Below, one piece after another: positions 12,028-21,210 of a stretch of 64,000 nucleotides of DNA. Below the pieces are notes generated by a model. That model saw nothing but the letters and a program-made list of their open reading frames with translations. It did no database searches and was not told the DNA's origin. The stretch spans positions 288,001 through 352,000 of the forward strand of contig CBDCTZ010000014.1 in assembly GCA_965222375.1 (NCBI GenBank). The letters run 5' to 3'. Numbering within the stretch: position 1 is the first letter of the stretch; the number at the start of each line of letters is the position of its first letter. Origin of the DNA: Polyangiaceae bacterium. GTDB taxonomy: Bacteria; Myxococcota_A; Polyangia; Polyangiales; Polyangiaceae. The position numbers and the translations under genes are program-made.

Positions 12028-12030
12028 TTG

Positions 12031-12630
12031 ATGACTGCCACCGATGTGTTCGTCCAACACCCGTGGCTTGCTGCGCTGTTATGGGTGGCGCTGCACGCGG
12101 CGGACTACCTGTTGACCATAGTGGGCATTGTCCACTCCCGCCGGGTAGCCGATCAGGTCAGCTTCGAGAGCTATGAGCTCAATCCATTGTTTCGGAAGCC
12201 CGTCGAGGAGGTGCGCTGGCTGTCGCCGCGGTTCTTGCTGAGCCTGGTAATCATCGCGCTTCTGTTTTGGTTCATTTTCGGTGCGGTGGCGCAGGTAGCG
12301 CAGATGGCGGAGTTCTCATGGCTGCTCTACCTCGTCGGCGCTCTGCTCGGCTTGCTGGTATTCACCCGCCTCGTGTTGATCGCCGGGCACCTTTCCAACA
12401 TTTGGATGTTCCGCGAGTTGCACCGAGATCCAGAAGCCCTCACCGGCAAGGTCCGCTACGGCCTCATCTTTTCTCTCAAGCTATCTGCGGTGCGGTTCGC
12501 GAGCTTTGGCGGTGTTCTCGCCGCCGCTGCAGTGGTGACGGCAAACTCGTGGCTGGTGGGCGGCGCCGTGGGTTGTGGGCTGTTCGTGGCGAAGCACGCA
12601 CTCACTGCGCGGCGAGGGGCAAAGCGTTAG
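12031..12630 (+). CDS. Integral membrane protein, function unknown
   Basis: About five hydrophobic segments; DYLLT...YELNP motif. Confidence 0.7.
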   Translation: MTATDVFVQHPWLAALLWVALHAADYLLTIVGIVHSRRVADQVSFESYELNPLFRKPVEEVRWLSPRFLLSLVIIALLFWFIFGAVAQVAQMAEFSWLLYLVGALLGLLVFTRLVLIAGHLSNIWMFRELHRDPEALTGKVRYGLIFSLKLSAVRFASFGGVLAAAAVVTANSWLVGGAVGCGLFVAKHALTARRGAKR

Positions 12631-12798
12631 CCCGCTCGAACAGGTCTGTGCCTGGGCCGTGGTTGATTCGGACCGGTCGGATGCGGGTGCTTTTGGGGTT
12701 GGGTCGGGTCGTTGGGCCGCCTCAGGGGCGCTAATCTCGCGCCCGCCCACTCTGGCCCGCCCACGCTTGGAAGTGTCACGCTTGGAAGTAGAGATATC

Positions 12799-15177
12799 GT
12801 GCTGAGCGTTAGCCAGATCGTGAAGGGGCTTGCGGCCGTCCTGCTCACCCTCTCGCTGCTTGGCGGCGTGACGGGAGACCGACCTAGCGCAGCGTCGGGT
12901 GGGCTCGGGCACAGTGCCCTGTTCACGCGAGTCGCCCGGGGGGATGCCCCAAGGTTGCGGCGGGATCACCGCCCCACGACGGAACACGGCTTGGGCGGAA
13001 GCGCCGGGAGCGCCATCGAGCATGAAGTGGCAGCCGCGATCCGGCGCGGTGACATTCCGGGCTGTGTGGTTGCGATTGGAACGGGGCGCGATGTACTGTT
13101 TCACCGCGCGTATGGCAGCAGCTGGCTCGAGCCGCAGAAGCGCGCGATGACCAAGGACGCCGTGTTTGACCTGGCGTCGTTGACCAAGGCCGTCGCCACC
13201 GCGACTACATTGGCAGCGGCGGTTGAGCGGGGAGTCCTGACCTACACGGATACAGTCTCGCAGCACCTGCCGGAATTCCGTCGCCCGGACAAAGCGAAAA
13301 TTCGCATCGAGCAACTGTTGACTCACACCTCGGGTCTGCCCGCGGTCAACGGCTTGGCGGCATATCGCCGCGGAGCCCAGCATGCGATCGCAGCCATCGC
13401 AGCCGTGCCCTTGGTGACGGCACCCGGGGAACAATTCCTGTACAGCGATCTGGGTTTCATCGCGTTGGGAGAGATCTTGTCTCGCGCTGGCGGCGGCAGG
13501 CTCGACGAGCTCTCGGCGCGCTGGGTGCTGTCGCCGCTGGGGCTGGAGGCGACGCGCTTTGTTCCGAGCCCGGGCTTGCTTCCAAGAATCGTTCCCACCG
13601 AGATGCGGGCAGGTCAGCCGATCCATGGCCGGGTGCATGACCCGCGGGCGAGCGCTCTAGGCGGTGTGGCGGGGCACGCGGGCTTGTTCTCCAGCGCCGC
13701 GGATCTGGCACGGTTGGCGCGCATGCTCCTCGGCGAGGGCACCCTCGACGGCACCCGCGTGCTCGCGGCCAAGAGCGTGCGGCGCATGATTCGCGCGCAG
13801 CAGTTTCCGGGTGGGCGCACTGCCCTGGGCTGGGACGTGCCGGACGATCCTCATGTTGCCGTATTCGACGGCAGTGCCTACGGTCACGACGGTTTCACGG
13901 GCACCTCCCTGTGGGTGGATCCCAAGAACGATTTGTTCGTGGTGTTTCTGAGCAGCCGCCTGCATCCGAACGGGCGTGGCCGCGCGATGCGCCTGGCTCG
14001 CGAAATCCGCCGCATCGCCTTTGCCGCTTTGGGTCCCGAGCGGCGCAGCGTCGTGCGGGTTGGCATCGACGTGCTGGCGCGTCAGAAGTTCAGGTCTCTT
14101 TCTGGAAAACGAGTGGCTGTTCTGACCAACTCCGCGGCGCGGGATGCGGTGGGCCGGCGCACGGCGGATCTGCTGGCCCAGGCACCGGGGGTCGAACTCA
14201 TCGCCCTGCTGGCACCGGAGCATGGCATCGGAGCTGATCGCGAAGGGTCGATCGGAAGCAGTCGCGACCCCAGAACCGGCAGGCCCGTGCGGGGGTTCTT
14301 CAATCTGGATGCTGCGGCGAGTGAGGAAGCACTGGTGGGAGCGGAGGTGTTGGTCGTCGACCTGCCCGACGCCGGCGCTCGCTTCTTCACCTATGCCGCG
14401 ACGCTGCGCCGCGCACTGGAAGCAGCTGCTGCGGCCAAGATTGGCGTCGTGGTTCTGGATCGACCCAATCCGCTTTCCGGAGAGCGGATTGCCGGTCCGA
14501 TCTCGAAGGGCAGGCCGGGGTCGATGGTGGGCCCGCACCCACTTCCGATCCTGCATGGGCTCACGCAGGGTGAGCTCGCCCGCCTATTCGTCGCTGAACT
14601 CTCGCTGGACGTGCAGCTCGAAGTCGTGCGTGCGAGCGGATGGCGCCGTTCCCAAGCTGCCTTCAGTACCGGTCTGAAGTGGGTCGCGCCGTCCCCCAAC
14701 CTCAAGACTGTGCCCGGAGCCCTGCTCTACCCCGGTATCGCGTTGTTCGAGTTCACGAATTTGTCCGTTGGGCGCGGAACGCCGCAGCCGTTCACGCTGC
14801 TGGGTGCGCCCTGGATGAATGGAAAACGTCTGGCCGCACGCCTCAGCCGCCAGCAGCTGCCTGGCGTGAAGATTGTTGCTACCGTGTTCACACCTCGCAA
14901 GCGGCGCTTTGCGGGACGTCGCTGTCGCGGGATCCGGATCCAACTGACCAACCCTGCTGCCGTCCGCCCGGTGCGCTTGGCCTTCCACATTGCTCGGGAG
15001 CTGATGTTGGCGCACCCGGAAGAGTGGCAGGACGACAACCTCTCGACCTTGCTGCTTCACCCGAAGTCTCTGGCATCTCTGCGCGGGGGCAAGCCCTTGG
15101 CAGGCATCTTCGAAAGCTGGGAGGCCGGGCTTCGCGCCTTCGAAAAACGCCGCCAACCGCACTTGCTGTACCCGTAG
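12799..15177 (+). CDS. Serine hydrolase (beta-lactamase/AmiE-like) fused to NamZ (DUF1343) exo-beta-N-acetylmuramidase
   Basis: FDLASLTK (SxxK), LLTHTSG, YSD, GHAGLFS, GHDGFTG; then GIDVL, APEHG, GARFFTY, LDRPNP, HGLTQGEL, PSPNL, GRGT. Start uncertain. Confidence 0.85.
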   Translation: MLSVSQIVKGLAAVLLTLSLLGGVTGDRPSAASGGLGHSALFTRVARGDAPRLRRDHRPTTEHGLGGSAGSAIEHEVAAAIRRGDIPGCVVAIGTGRDVLFHRAYGSSWLEPQKRAMTKDAVFDLASLTKAVATATTLAAAVERGVLTYTDTVSQHLPEFRRPDKAKIRIEQLLTHTSGLPAVNGLAAYRRGAQHAIAAIAAVPLVTAPGEQFLYSDLGFIALGEILSRAGGGRLDELSARWVLSPLGLEATRFVPSPGLLPRIVPTEMRAGQPIHGRVHDPRASALGGVAGHAGLFSSAADLARLARMLLGEGTLDGTRVLAAKSVRRMIRAQQFPGGRTALGWDVPDDPHVAVFDGSAYGHDGFTGTSLWVDPKNDLFVVFLSSRLHPNGRGRAMRLAREIRRIAFAALGPERRSVVRVGIDVLARQKFRSLSGKRVAVLTNSAARDAVGRRTADLLAQAPGVELIALLAPEHGIGADREGSIGSSRDPRTGRPVRGFFNLDAAASEEALVGAEVLVVDLPDAGARFFTYAATLRRALEAAAAAKIGVVVLDRPNPLSGERIAGPISKGRPGSMVGPHPLPILHGLTQGELARLFVAELSLDVQLEVVRASGWRRSQAAFSTGLKWVAPSPNLKTVPGALLYPGIALFEFTNLSVGRGTPQPFTLLGAPWMNGKRLAARLSRQQLPGVKIVATVFTPRKRRFAGRRCRGIRIQLTNPAAVRPVRLAFHIARELMLAHPEEWQDDNLSTLLLHPKSLASLRGGKPLAGIFESWEAGLRAFEKRRQPHLLYP

Positions 15178-15198
15178 TACCTGCGTCTGCGGTGCCGC

Positions 15199-16179
15199 TC
15201 AATAGAACAAGCCCGCGTTGCCTCCAGTGTGGATGAAGAGCAGGTTGCCGTCGGGCTCGGGTGGTTCGCTTCTTCCGTATTCGATCAGGGCCGCTGCTGC
15301 CTTCGCCGTGTAGACGGGGTCGAGCAACACACCTTCGAGTTTGGCGAAAAGCTTTGCCGCGTTGGTTCCGGCTTCGGACGCTATCGCGTAGCCCTCGCCA
15401 AAAAACCGATCGTCCGTCACGACGGATGATTCATCGAATTCGACGCCGAGCATGCGCGCGGTCGTCCGCGCCAGCTCGAGGACGCGTTCGCGCTGGATTG
15501 CGGACTTCTGCGAGATGGCAATGCCGACGATCTGGGTGTCATAGCCGGTGATGGCTTGCCCCAGCACTAAGCCGACCTGGGTTGCGGTGGACCCGGTAGC
15601 CAAGAGGATCTTCCCGAAGTGAATGCCCGTGGACTCCGTGTGCCGGACAATTTGATCAAAGACGCGCAGGTAGCCCAGGGCTCCCACCTCATCGCTGCCG
15701 CCGGGGTGCAGCTCGTACACGACCTTGCCCTGGCCACGCAGTTCTTCAACCAGCTCTTCACTGATTGTTTGCACGGCCCTCGGGCCTGCGTCGGTCACGT
15801 AGTGCAGAGTGGCTTCGAGCTGAGCGAATAGACGCCGGCTTGCGTGGTTGTGCTCGGACGCTTTCCCCTCAATCACGACGTGCACCTCCAGCCCATGCAC
15901 TCTTCCAGCCGCCGCAGCGTTTCGACTGAAGCTGCTGGCGCCCCGGGTGACCAGGGTGGTGGCGCCCTTCGCGATGGCATCGCCGACCAAGAAGTCGAGT
16001 TTTCTGACCTTGTTGCCGCCCAGGGCGAACCCCGTCAGATCCTCCCGCAAGATGTAGATCTCGTGGCCGAGGTAGGAGGACAGGTTCGGCAGCTTGTGGA
16101 TGGGAGTCGGATGGACGGTTAGGTCGACGCGCGGGTAGTCGCGGAGCAAGGTCGCGATTGCCGACCCGCGCGCCGTCAT
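15199..16179 (-). CDS. PLP-dependent D-cysteine desulfhydrase/ACC deaminase family enzyme
   Basis: PTPIHKL, REDLTGFALGGNKVRKL, LDPVYTAKA, FIHTGG; ATGA overlap with the upstream thioesterase gene. Confidence 0.88.
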   Translation of the reverse strand: MTARGSAIATLLRDYPRVDLTVHPTPIHKLPNLSSYLGHEIYILREDLTGFALGGNKVRKLDFLVGDAIAKGATTLVTRGASSFSRNAAAAGRVHGLEVHVVIEGKASEHNHASRRLFAQLEATLHYVTDAGPRAVQTISEELVEELRGQGKVVYELHPGGSDEVGALGYLRVFDQIVRHTESTGIHFGKILLATGSTATQVGLVLGQAITGYDTQIVGIAISQKSAIQRERVLELARTTARMLGVEFDESSVVTDDRFFGEGYAIASEAGTNAAKLFAKLEGVLLDPVYTAKAAAALIEYGRSEPPEPDGNLLFIHTGGNAGLFY

Positions 16180-16661
16180 CCCCGGGGCCCGTCGGTTTTC
16201 ACGGCGACGGTCTCTCCTGCCACGTTGCTGCCTGCTTCGAGACACAGCATGCGCACCCTCCCTTTGGCGGCGACGCGCCCATCGCTGCCGGCAACGGTCA
16301 CCTCCCACACCTGGCTGCGCTTACCTCGGAACAAGGGCACACCCCGCGCGTGCAGAGTCCCCTCGCGAACTGCGCTCAGGAACGACGTCGAATTCTCGAG
16401 GCCCACCACGTCATAGCCCGAAGGCATCGCGTTGATGGCGGCACCAGCCGACGCAAGAGTCTCGACGATCGTGGAGTAGACTCCGCCATGCACGAGTCCG
16501 TAGGGCTGGTGCAAGTGCGGCCCCACGGGGACTTCGGCCCGAAGTTCCTCGTAGGCGATGGAAACGAAGGTCAGACCGATGCCTTCGTTGAAACCGGCGC
16601 GGCGAGCGTTGAACATCTCGACGATGTCATCGGGTAGGGGAGGGAGTTGTGGTGCGGGCAT
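16176..16661 (-). CDS. PaaI family (hotdog) thioesterase
   Basis: HQPYGLVHGGVYSTIVETLAS and GLENSTSFL. Confidence 0.9.
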   Translation of the reverse strand: MPAPQLPPLPDDIVEMFNARRAGFNEGIGLTFVSIAYEELRAEVPVGPHLHQPYGLVHGGVYSTIVETLASAGAAINAMPSGYDVVGLENSTSFLSAVREGTLHARGVPLFRGKRSQVWEVTVAGSDGRVAAKGRVRMLCLEAGSNVAGETVAVKTDGPRG

Positions 16662-16664
16662 GGG

Positions 16665-17207
16665 TCAGTCCTCGTCTTTCGTCCACAGCATCCCTAGCAG
16701 GGCTGGACCGATGGCCACAATTCCGGCCTCGATGGTTGCTGCTGTGAGGGCCGAGCCGTAGGCGCAGGTTGGACCGAAAACGTAGTCACCAGCCGAGGCG
16801 TTCCACTGGGCCCAGCCATGGGTATTGGTCAGAAACGTCGCCTCGCTGCCAAACAGATCGAGGAACTCTCCGGCCGCTGCCTCCGCCACTTCGACCGCGC
16901 GGATCTCCGTGTCGTAGGCGAGCTCCAGGTGAAGGATGCGGCGCAGCAGCGCTTCGGCTTCACCGCGAGGCACCTGTCGCCAGCCCGAGGCCTCCCAGCT
17001 CTCCGCAACGCCGGCGCCACCGGGTCCATGCGCTAGAGTGCCATCCGTGCGGGTGGCAATCTCGTTGACCAGCTGCATCAAGTCGGGGCGGTCGCCGAGC
17101 TTTGGTGGCTTCGCTTCGTAGAGGGCGAGAAGCTCCCGATGCGGGTCCAAAGCGTAGGCCTCGCGAAAGCGCAAGCACTCTGCGTCCAAGGGGCGACCGA
17201 CGAACAT
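16665..17207 (-). CDS. Hypothetical protein
   Basis: Fills the gap in a co-directional gene run; protein-like composition. Confidence 0.6.
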   Translation of the reverse strand: MFVGRPLDAECLRFREAYALDPHRELLALYEAKPPKLGDRPDLMQLVNEIATRTDGTLAHGPGGAGVAESWEASGWRQVPRGEAEALLRRILHLELAYDTEIRAVEVAEAAAGEFLDLFGSEATFLTNTHGWAQWNASAGDYVFGPTCAYGSALTAATIEAGIVAIGPALLGMLWTKDED

Positions 17208-17218
17208 GAGCGAGCTGC

Positions 17219-17662
17219 TCAGCTACAACCGCCGCCGGTGCACGACTTCTTGCAGTCGGCCGAGCTGCACACCTGCGTGCAGCCCCCACCGCTGCACTTG
17301 AGTTTGCACTCGGCTCCACTGGCGCAATTCTGCTTGCAGCCACCGCCGCTGCAGCTTGCGCGGCAATCCGACTGCCCAGCGCAATTCTGATTGCAGCCGC
17401 CACCGCTGCAGGTGAACTTGCAGCGCCGGCCGGCCGCGCAATTCTGGTTGCAGTTGCCATCGGAGCACTTCTCCCGGTCACGCATGCCGCGTTTGCCGGT
17501 GGCTCGTGGCTTGGCTCCCTCCGCCGCGGGCGCGGCGGTCGTCGGTGCCGCGCTGGCTGCGGGTTCGCTCTTCGGCGCGGTATCGTCGGATTGCTTGCAG
17601 GCCAGGAGCGCGATCGCGATGAGCGCCAGAGCGGCGCAGGCGTTGAGCATAGCGGCTCGCAT
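17219..17662 (-). CDS. Lipoprotein with ~19-aa Cys-rich repeats (CSGGGCxQxCxxxxxC)
   Basis: Lipobox LLAC; Ala/Pro linker; four full repeats plus a partial one. Confidence 0.75.
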   Translation of the reverse strand: MRAAMLNACAALALIAIALLACKQSDDTAPKSEPAASAAPTTAAPAAEGAKPRATGKRGMRDREKCSDGNCNQNCAAGRRCKFTCSGGGCNQNCAGQSDCRASCSGGGCKQNCASGAECKLKCSGGGCTQVCSSADCKKSCTGGGCS

Positions 17663-17944
17663 GATGCCCACCGTGTAACCCGATTCCCCGCGTGACGTCA
17701 TCCCATGGGAAAACAGCGCAAGTCGACCTGGGTGTATACGCGCGAGAGTAGTGAGCCAGCGACGCCACAATGCCGCGACCCCAAACCCAACACCAATTCC
17801 CTTGGCCAAAGCTGCGGCGCGCTCGATCGTGACCGGAGCCATCGATAGACTGGCTCCGGGCTTGTTTCACCCCGGCTTGACTCCCACGCCTCAAGGGCGA
17901 AGGTTTGAGGGGGAATACGCCCCCATTCTCATCAGGAGCCAGCT

Positions 17945-19063
17945 TTGACGGTCAAATTTGTCGATGGTCCGCCTCGCGAGGTGAAGTTCAGCTCCGATCC
18001 GGAGAGCAAAGAGCCGCGGCTTGGCCCCGAGGACGTGGAACAGATCGCAGAGATCTTTCACACGCCGCTCACGGGCGCCTACGCCTGGAACTACGAAGAG
18101 GCAGACAAGAAGATCCGCAAGCTCTACCGCTTGGGCAAGGAGCGCAACTGGAACGCGGACTCGGACGTCGACTGGTCGATCACGTTTCCCCGCCACGAGT
18201 CGCCGGTGCAGGAGATGTTCAATCCCTTCGTGGGTTACGAACCCTTCGAGAAGATGACGCCGGAGCAGCGTGTGGATTTCGCCTGGCACCAACAATGCTG
18301 GTCCTTGTCGCAGTTCTTGCATGGGGAGCAGGGCGCGCTGTTGGTGGCATCGCAGCTGGTGTCTTGCGCCCCGACCTACGACGCCAAGTTGTACGCGGCC
18401 TCCCAGGCTTTCGATGAAGCGCGGCATGTGGAGGCCTTCGGCCGCTACATTACCGAGAAAGTCGGCTTCATGTATCCGGTGGATCGCCACCTGAAGTCGC
18501 TGCTGGACAAGATCCTGACCGACGAACGTTGGGATCTGAAGTTCATCGGCATGCAGCTGATCGTCGAGTCCTTGGCGCTAGCGGCCTTCAACACCCAGAA
18601 GCTGATCGCGAAGGACAAGCTGATCGCGGACATCGTCGATCTAGTGATCCGCGACGAGTCCCGCCATGTGGCCTTTGGCGTGACCTACATGGAGGACTTC
18701 GTCAAAGCGCTCTCGCCCGAGGAGATCGAAGATCGCGCGCAGTTCGCCTACGAAGCTTGCGTCATCATGCGTGAGCGCATTATCGGGACCGACGTGTTCG
18801 CCTACTTCGGCTGGCCAGAAGACGAGTCGCGCCAAGTCGTGCTCGATGCCAAGATCATGGACGAGTTTCGCAAGCTGCTCTTCACGCGCATCATGCCGAA
18901 CCTGAAAAAGGTGGGTCTCATCACCGACAAGGTACGTCCGCTCTACGACAAGCTGGGTGTTTTGGAGCTAGAGAACCTCGGGCACGACGGCGAGATCGAC
19001 TGGGCCGAGCTGTCGGCTCCCTTGCCTCTGTTTCGACCCGCGCCAGAGAGCGCCGCTCAGTAG
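17945..19063 (+). CDS. Ferritin-like diiron protein (AurF-like family)
   Basis: HGEQGAL, DEARH, IVESLA, DESRH (two ExxH motifs); AGGAG RBS upstream of the TTG start. Confidence 0.85.
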   Translation: MTVKFVDGPPREVKFSSDPESKEPRLGPEDVEQIAEIFHTPLTGAYAWNYEEADKKIRKLYRLGKERNWNADSDVDWSITFPRHESPVQEMFNPFVGYEPFEKMTPEQRVDFAWHQQCWSLSQFLHGEQGALLVASQLVSCAPTYDAKLYAASQAFDEARHVEAFGRYITEKVGFMYPVDRHLKSLLDKILTDERWDLKFIGMQLIVESLALAAFNTQKLIAKDKLIADIVDLVIRDESRHVAFGVTYMEDFVKALSPEEIEDRAQFAYEACVIMRERIIGTDVFAYFGWPEDESRQVVLDAKIMDEFRKLLFTRIMPNLKKVGLITDKVRPLYDKLGVLELENLGHDGEIDWAELSAPLPLFRPAPESAAQ

Positions 19064-19109
19064 GCGGAGTGCGGCGCATCGCCACCGCGCAGTCCGTTTC
19101 TGAAAACGC

Positions 19110-19712
19110 CTATTCCCAGACGGCCCAACCGCGGGACGCCCTGGCCCGGAACCGGAGTTCTTTCGATTCCAATTCGTCCAGGTCGGCGTGATGGCCATTG
19201 CGCTTGCCGTTGCCGTTCGTGGGACCGCCGCTGCCGTTGGCTTTGGCATGCCCGTTCGGCTTGGCCGCGCCGTTTTCGCGACTGGCGCCGTTTTCGCGAT
19301 TGGCGCCGTTTTCGCGACTCGGGGCCTGGGCGCTTCCGTTTGCCTTGGCTTCGGCGACGCTCGGTCTAGCGGGGCGTGCAGCGGGCGCAACGTCCGGTTC
19401 GTGCAGGGAGCCGCCGAGGGCGTCGCTGATCATTTGCGTCCACAGCAACAGATCGGCGCGCAGCCTCCACGACAATCGGCGTGGTGACGTTGGGCGGTTC
19501 TTCTCGATCAAGCGATGGCTGAGCCAGGCCGGGCCGAACGCGGCAGCGGCCGCGCCGAGGAGCAGGCTGCGCTGCCCAGTGAGCAGGGAGCTCGCCAGGC
19601 AGCCCAGCGCCAGGCTGGTGCCGAGGAACTGCACGCGGCGCGTCCAGGGCTTTTGGCGCTGCTCTAGGTAGAGCTGAAAGTACTCTTCGAAGGAGCGGAA
19701 ATCTCGGTCCAT
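19110..19712 (-). CDS. DUF962/Mpo1-like membrane protein with Asn-Gly-rich tail
   Basis: FRSFEEYF..YL, AWLSHRLIEKNRP; low-complexity C-terminus. Confidence 0.7.
   Translation of the reverse strand: MDRDFRSFEEYFQLYLEQRQKPWTRRVQFLGTSLALGCLASSLLTGQRSLLLGAAAAAFGPAWLSHRLIEKNRPTSPRRLSWRLRADLLLWTQMISDALGGSLHEPDVAPAARPARPSVAEAKANGSAQAPSRENGANRENGASRENGAAKPNGHAKANGSGGPTNGNGKRNGHHADLDELESKELRFRARASRGWAVWE
19267..19320. repeat. 3 x 18-bp coding tandem repeat (xRENGA)
   Basis: gcgccgttttcgcga + ctg/ttg/ctc, three times in tandem. Confidence 0.85.
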
Positions 19713-19893
19713 GGCGCACCTCTGGGGCTTCCCGTATTTCCTACTGGAAAGCAGGCTGACTGGCCCAATTGTCGAGGTTCAGCCGGCGTGGCAGGCGCGA
19801 TCCTGCCGGATCTGCGGGCTGCGTGACGCGCGAGGCGAGCCAGCGGAGGGCTGGTGGAGGCCACCTCGGAGCTATGCTCTACTCCGCGCCCTC

Positions 19894-21207
19894 GTGACTC
19901 ACCCCGTTGCAGAACAGGTACGACAAGCCGGTGTCGTGGGCGCTGGCGGTGCTGGGTTCCCGACCCACGTCAAGCTCGGCGCCAGGATCGACACGTACAT
20001 CTGCAATGCAGCGGAATGTGAGCCATTGCTGTTCAAAGACCAGGAGCTGATGCGCACCCAGGCCGAGGCCATGGTTCGTGGCATGCGCTTGGCCATGGAG
20101 GCCACGGGCGCCGAGCGTGGCGTGATTGCGATCAAGGAGAAGTACACGCGCGCCATCGAGGCGCTGCGGCGCTTCACCGGTTCCGACATCGAGTTCCAGA
20201 TGTTCGGTAGCTTTTACCCCGCGGGTGACGAGTACGTGGTCGTCTACGACGTGACCGGGCGGCTGATCCCCCACGACGGCCTGCCGCTCAACGTGGGCTG
20301 CGCCGTCAATAACGTCGAAACGCTGATCAACATAGCCCGAGCGGCGGACGGCCAGCCCGTTGTCGAGTCGAGTTTGACGGTCACGGGAGCGGTTGCGGAG
20401 CCGTGCACGGTGACGGTGCCCATCGGCGTCCGCGCGGCCGACGTGGTGGCGATGGCTAGGGGGGCCACTGTGGATGATCCCGTGCTGCTCGATGGCGGCG
20501 CCATGATGGGCAAGCTGGCCGACATGAACACGCTGATCACCAAGACGAGCGGTGGTTTCATCGTGTTGCCGCGGGATCATCAATTGATCCGCCGCCGCAC
20601 TCGTCCGGCCCGCGCGAACCTCATGATCGCCAAGTCCGCCTGCGACCAGTGCTCCTACTGCACCGACTTCTGCCCCAGGTTCTTGCTGGGGTACGCCATC
20701 GAGCCCCACAAAGTGATGCGCTCGGTGGGCTTCGAGGGCGATGCCGAAGCGGGCTGGGCTCAGCTTGGGCTCGCCTGCTGCGAGTGCAATCTATGCTCGC
20801 TCTACGCCTGCCCCGAAGATCTGCCGGTGATGGAAATGTGCGTGCGCTCCAAGACGGTTTGGCGCGAGCGCGGGCCCAGGCCGGAGCCGTTGCCCTCCAA
20901 GGGGGTCGTCAACCCAATGCGGGACTCGCGCAGAGTGCCAATCAGCCGATTGATTCAACGCTTGGGGCTGACGAAGTGGGATCGACCCGCGCCGATTTCC
21001 ACGCAACAACTGCAGCCCGGGCGAGTTGCCGTGGCTCTGTCTCAGCACATCGGCGCACCTGCCGAGCCAGCGGTTGCGGTTGGGGATAGCGTGAGCGCGG
21101 GGCAACTCGTCGCCAAAGTGCCGGATGGGAAACTCGGCGCGCACGTTCACGCAAGCATCCCTGGGCGCGTGACCAAGATCGACAAGCATATCCACATCCA
21201 AAGGTGA
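19894..21207 (+). CDS. PduS-like (RnfC-related) flavin/Fe-S oxidoreductase of the BMC locus
   Basis: GVVGAGGAGFPTHVK, NAAECEP, CDQCSYCTDFCP, CCECNLCSLYACP, C-terminal QHIGAPA barrel; GTG start inferred. Confidence 0.88.
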   Translation: MTHPVAEQVRQAGVVGAGGAGFPTHVKLGARIDTYICNAAECEPLLFKDQELMRTQAEAMVRGMRLAMEATGAERGVIAIKEKYTRAIEALRRFTGSDIEFQMFGSFYPAGDEYVVVYDVTGRLIPHDGLPLNVGCAVNNVETLINIARAADGQPVVESSLTVTGAVAEPCTVTVPIGVRAADVVAMARGATVDDPVLLDGGAMMGKLADMNTLITKTSGGFIVLPRDHQLIRRRTRPARANLMIAKSACDQCSYCTDFCPRFLLGYAIEPHKVMRSVGFEGDAEAGWAQLGLACCECNLCSLYACPEDLPVMEMCVRSKTVWRERGPRPEPLPSKGVVNPMRDSRRVPISRLIQRLGLTKWDRPAPISTQQLQPGRVAVALSQHIGAPAEPAVAVGDSVSAGQLVAKVPDGKLGAHVHASIPGRVTKIDKHIHIQR

Positions 21208-21210
21208 TTC

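Noticed and set aside
12481..13638. Long antisense or alternate-frame ORFs (also 1988-2623, 13657-14556, 38512-39354, 42173-43237, 44458-45306)
   Set aside because: Shadow ORFs of high-GC coding regions that overlap motif-supported genes.
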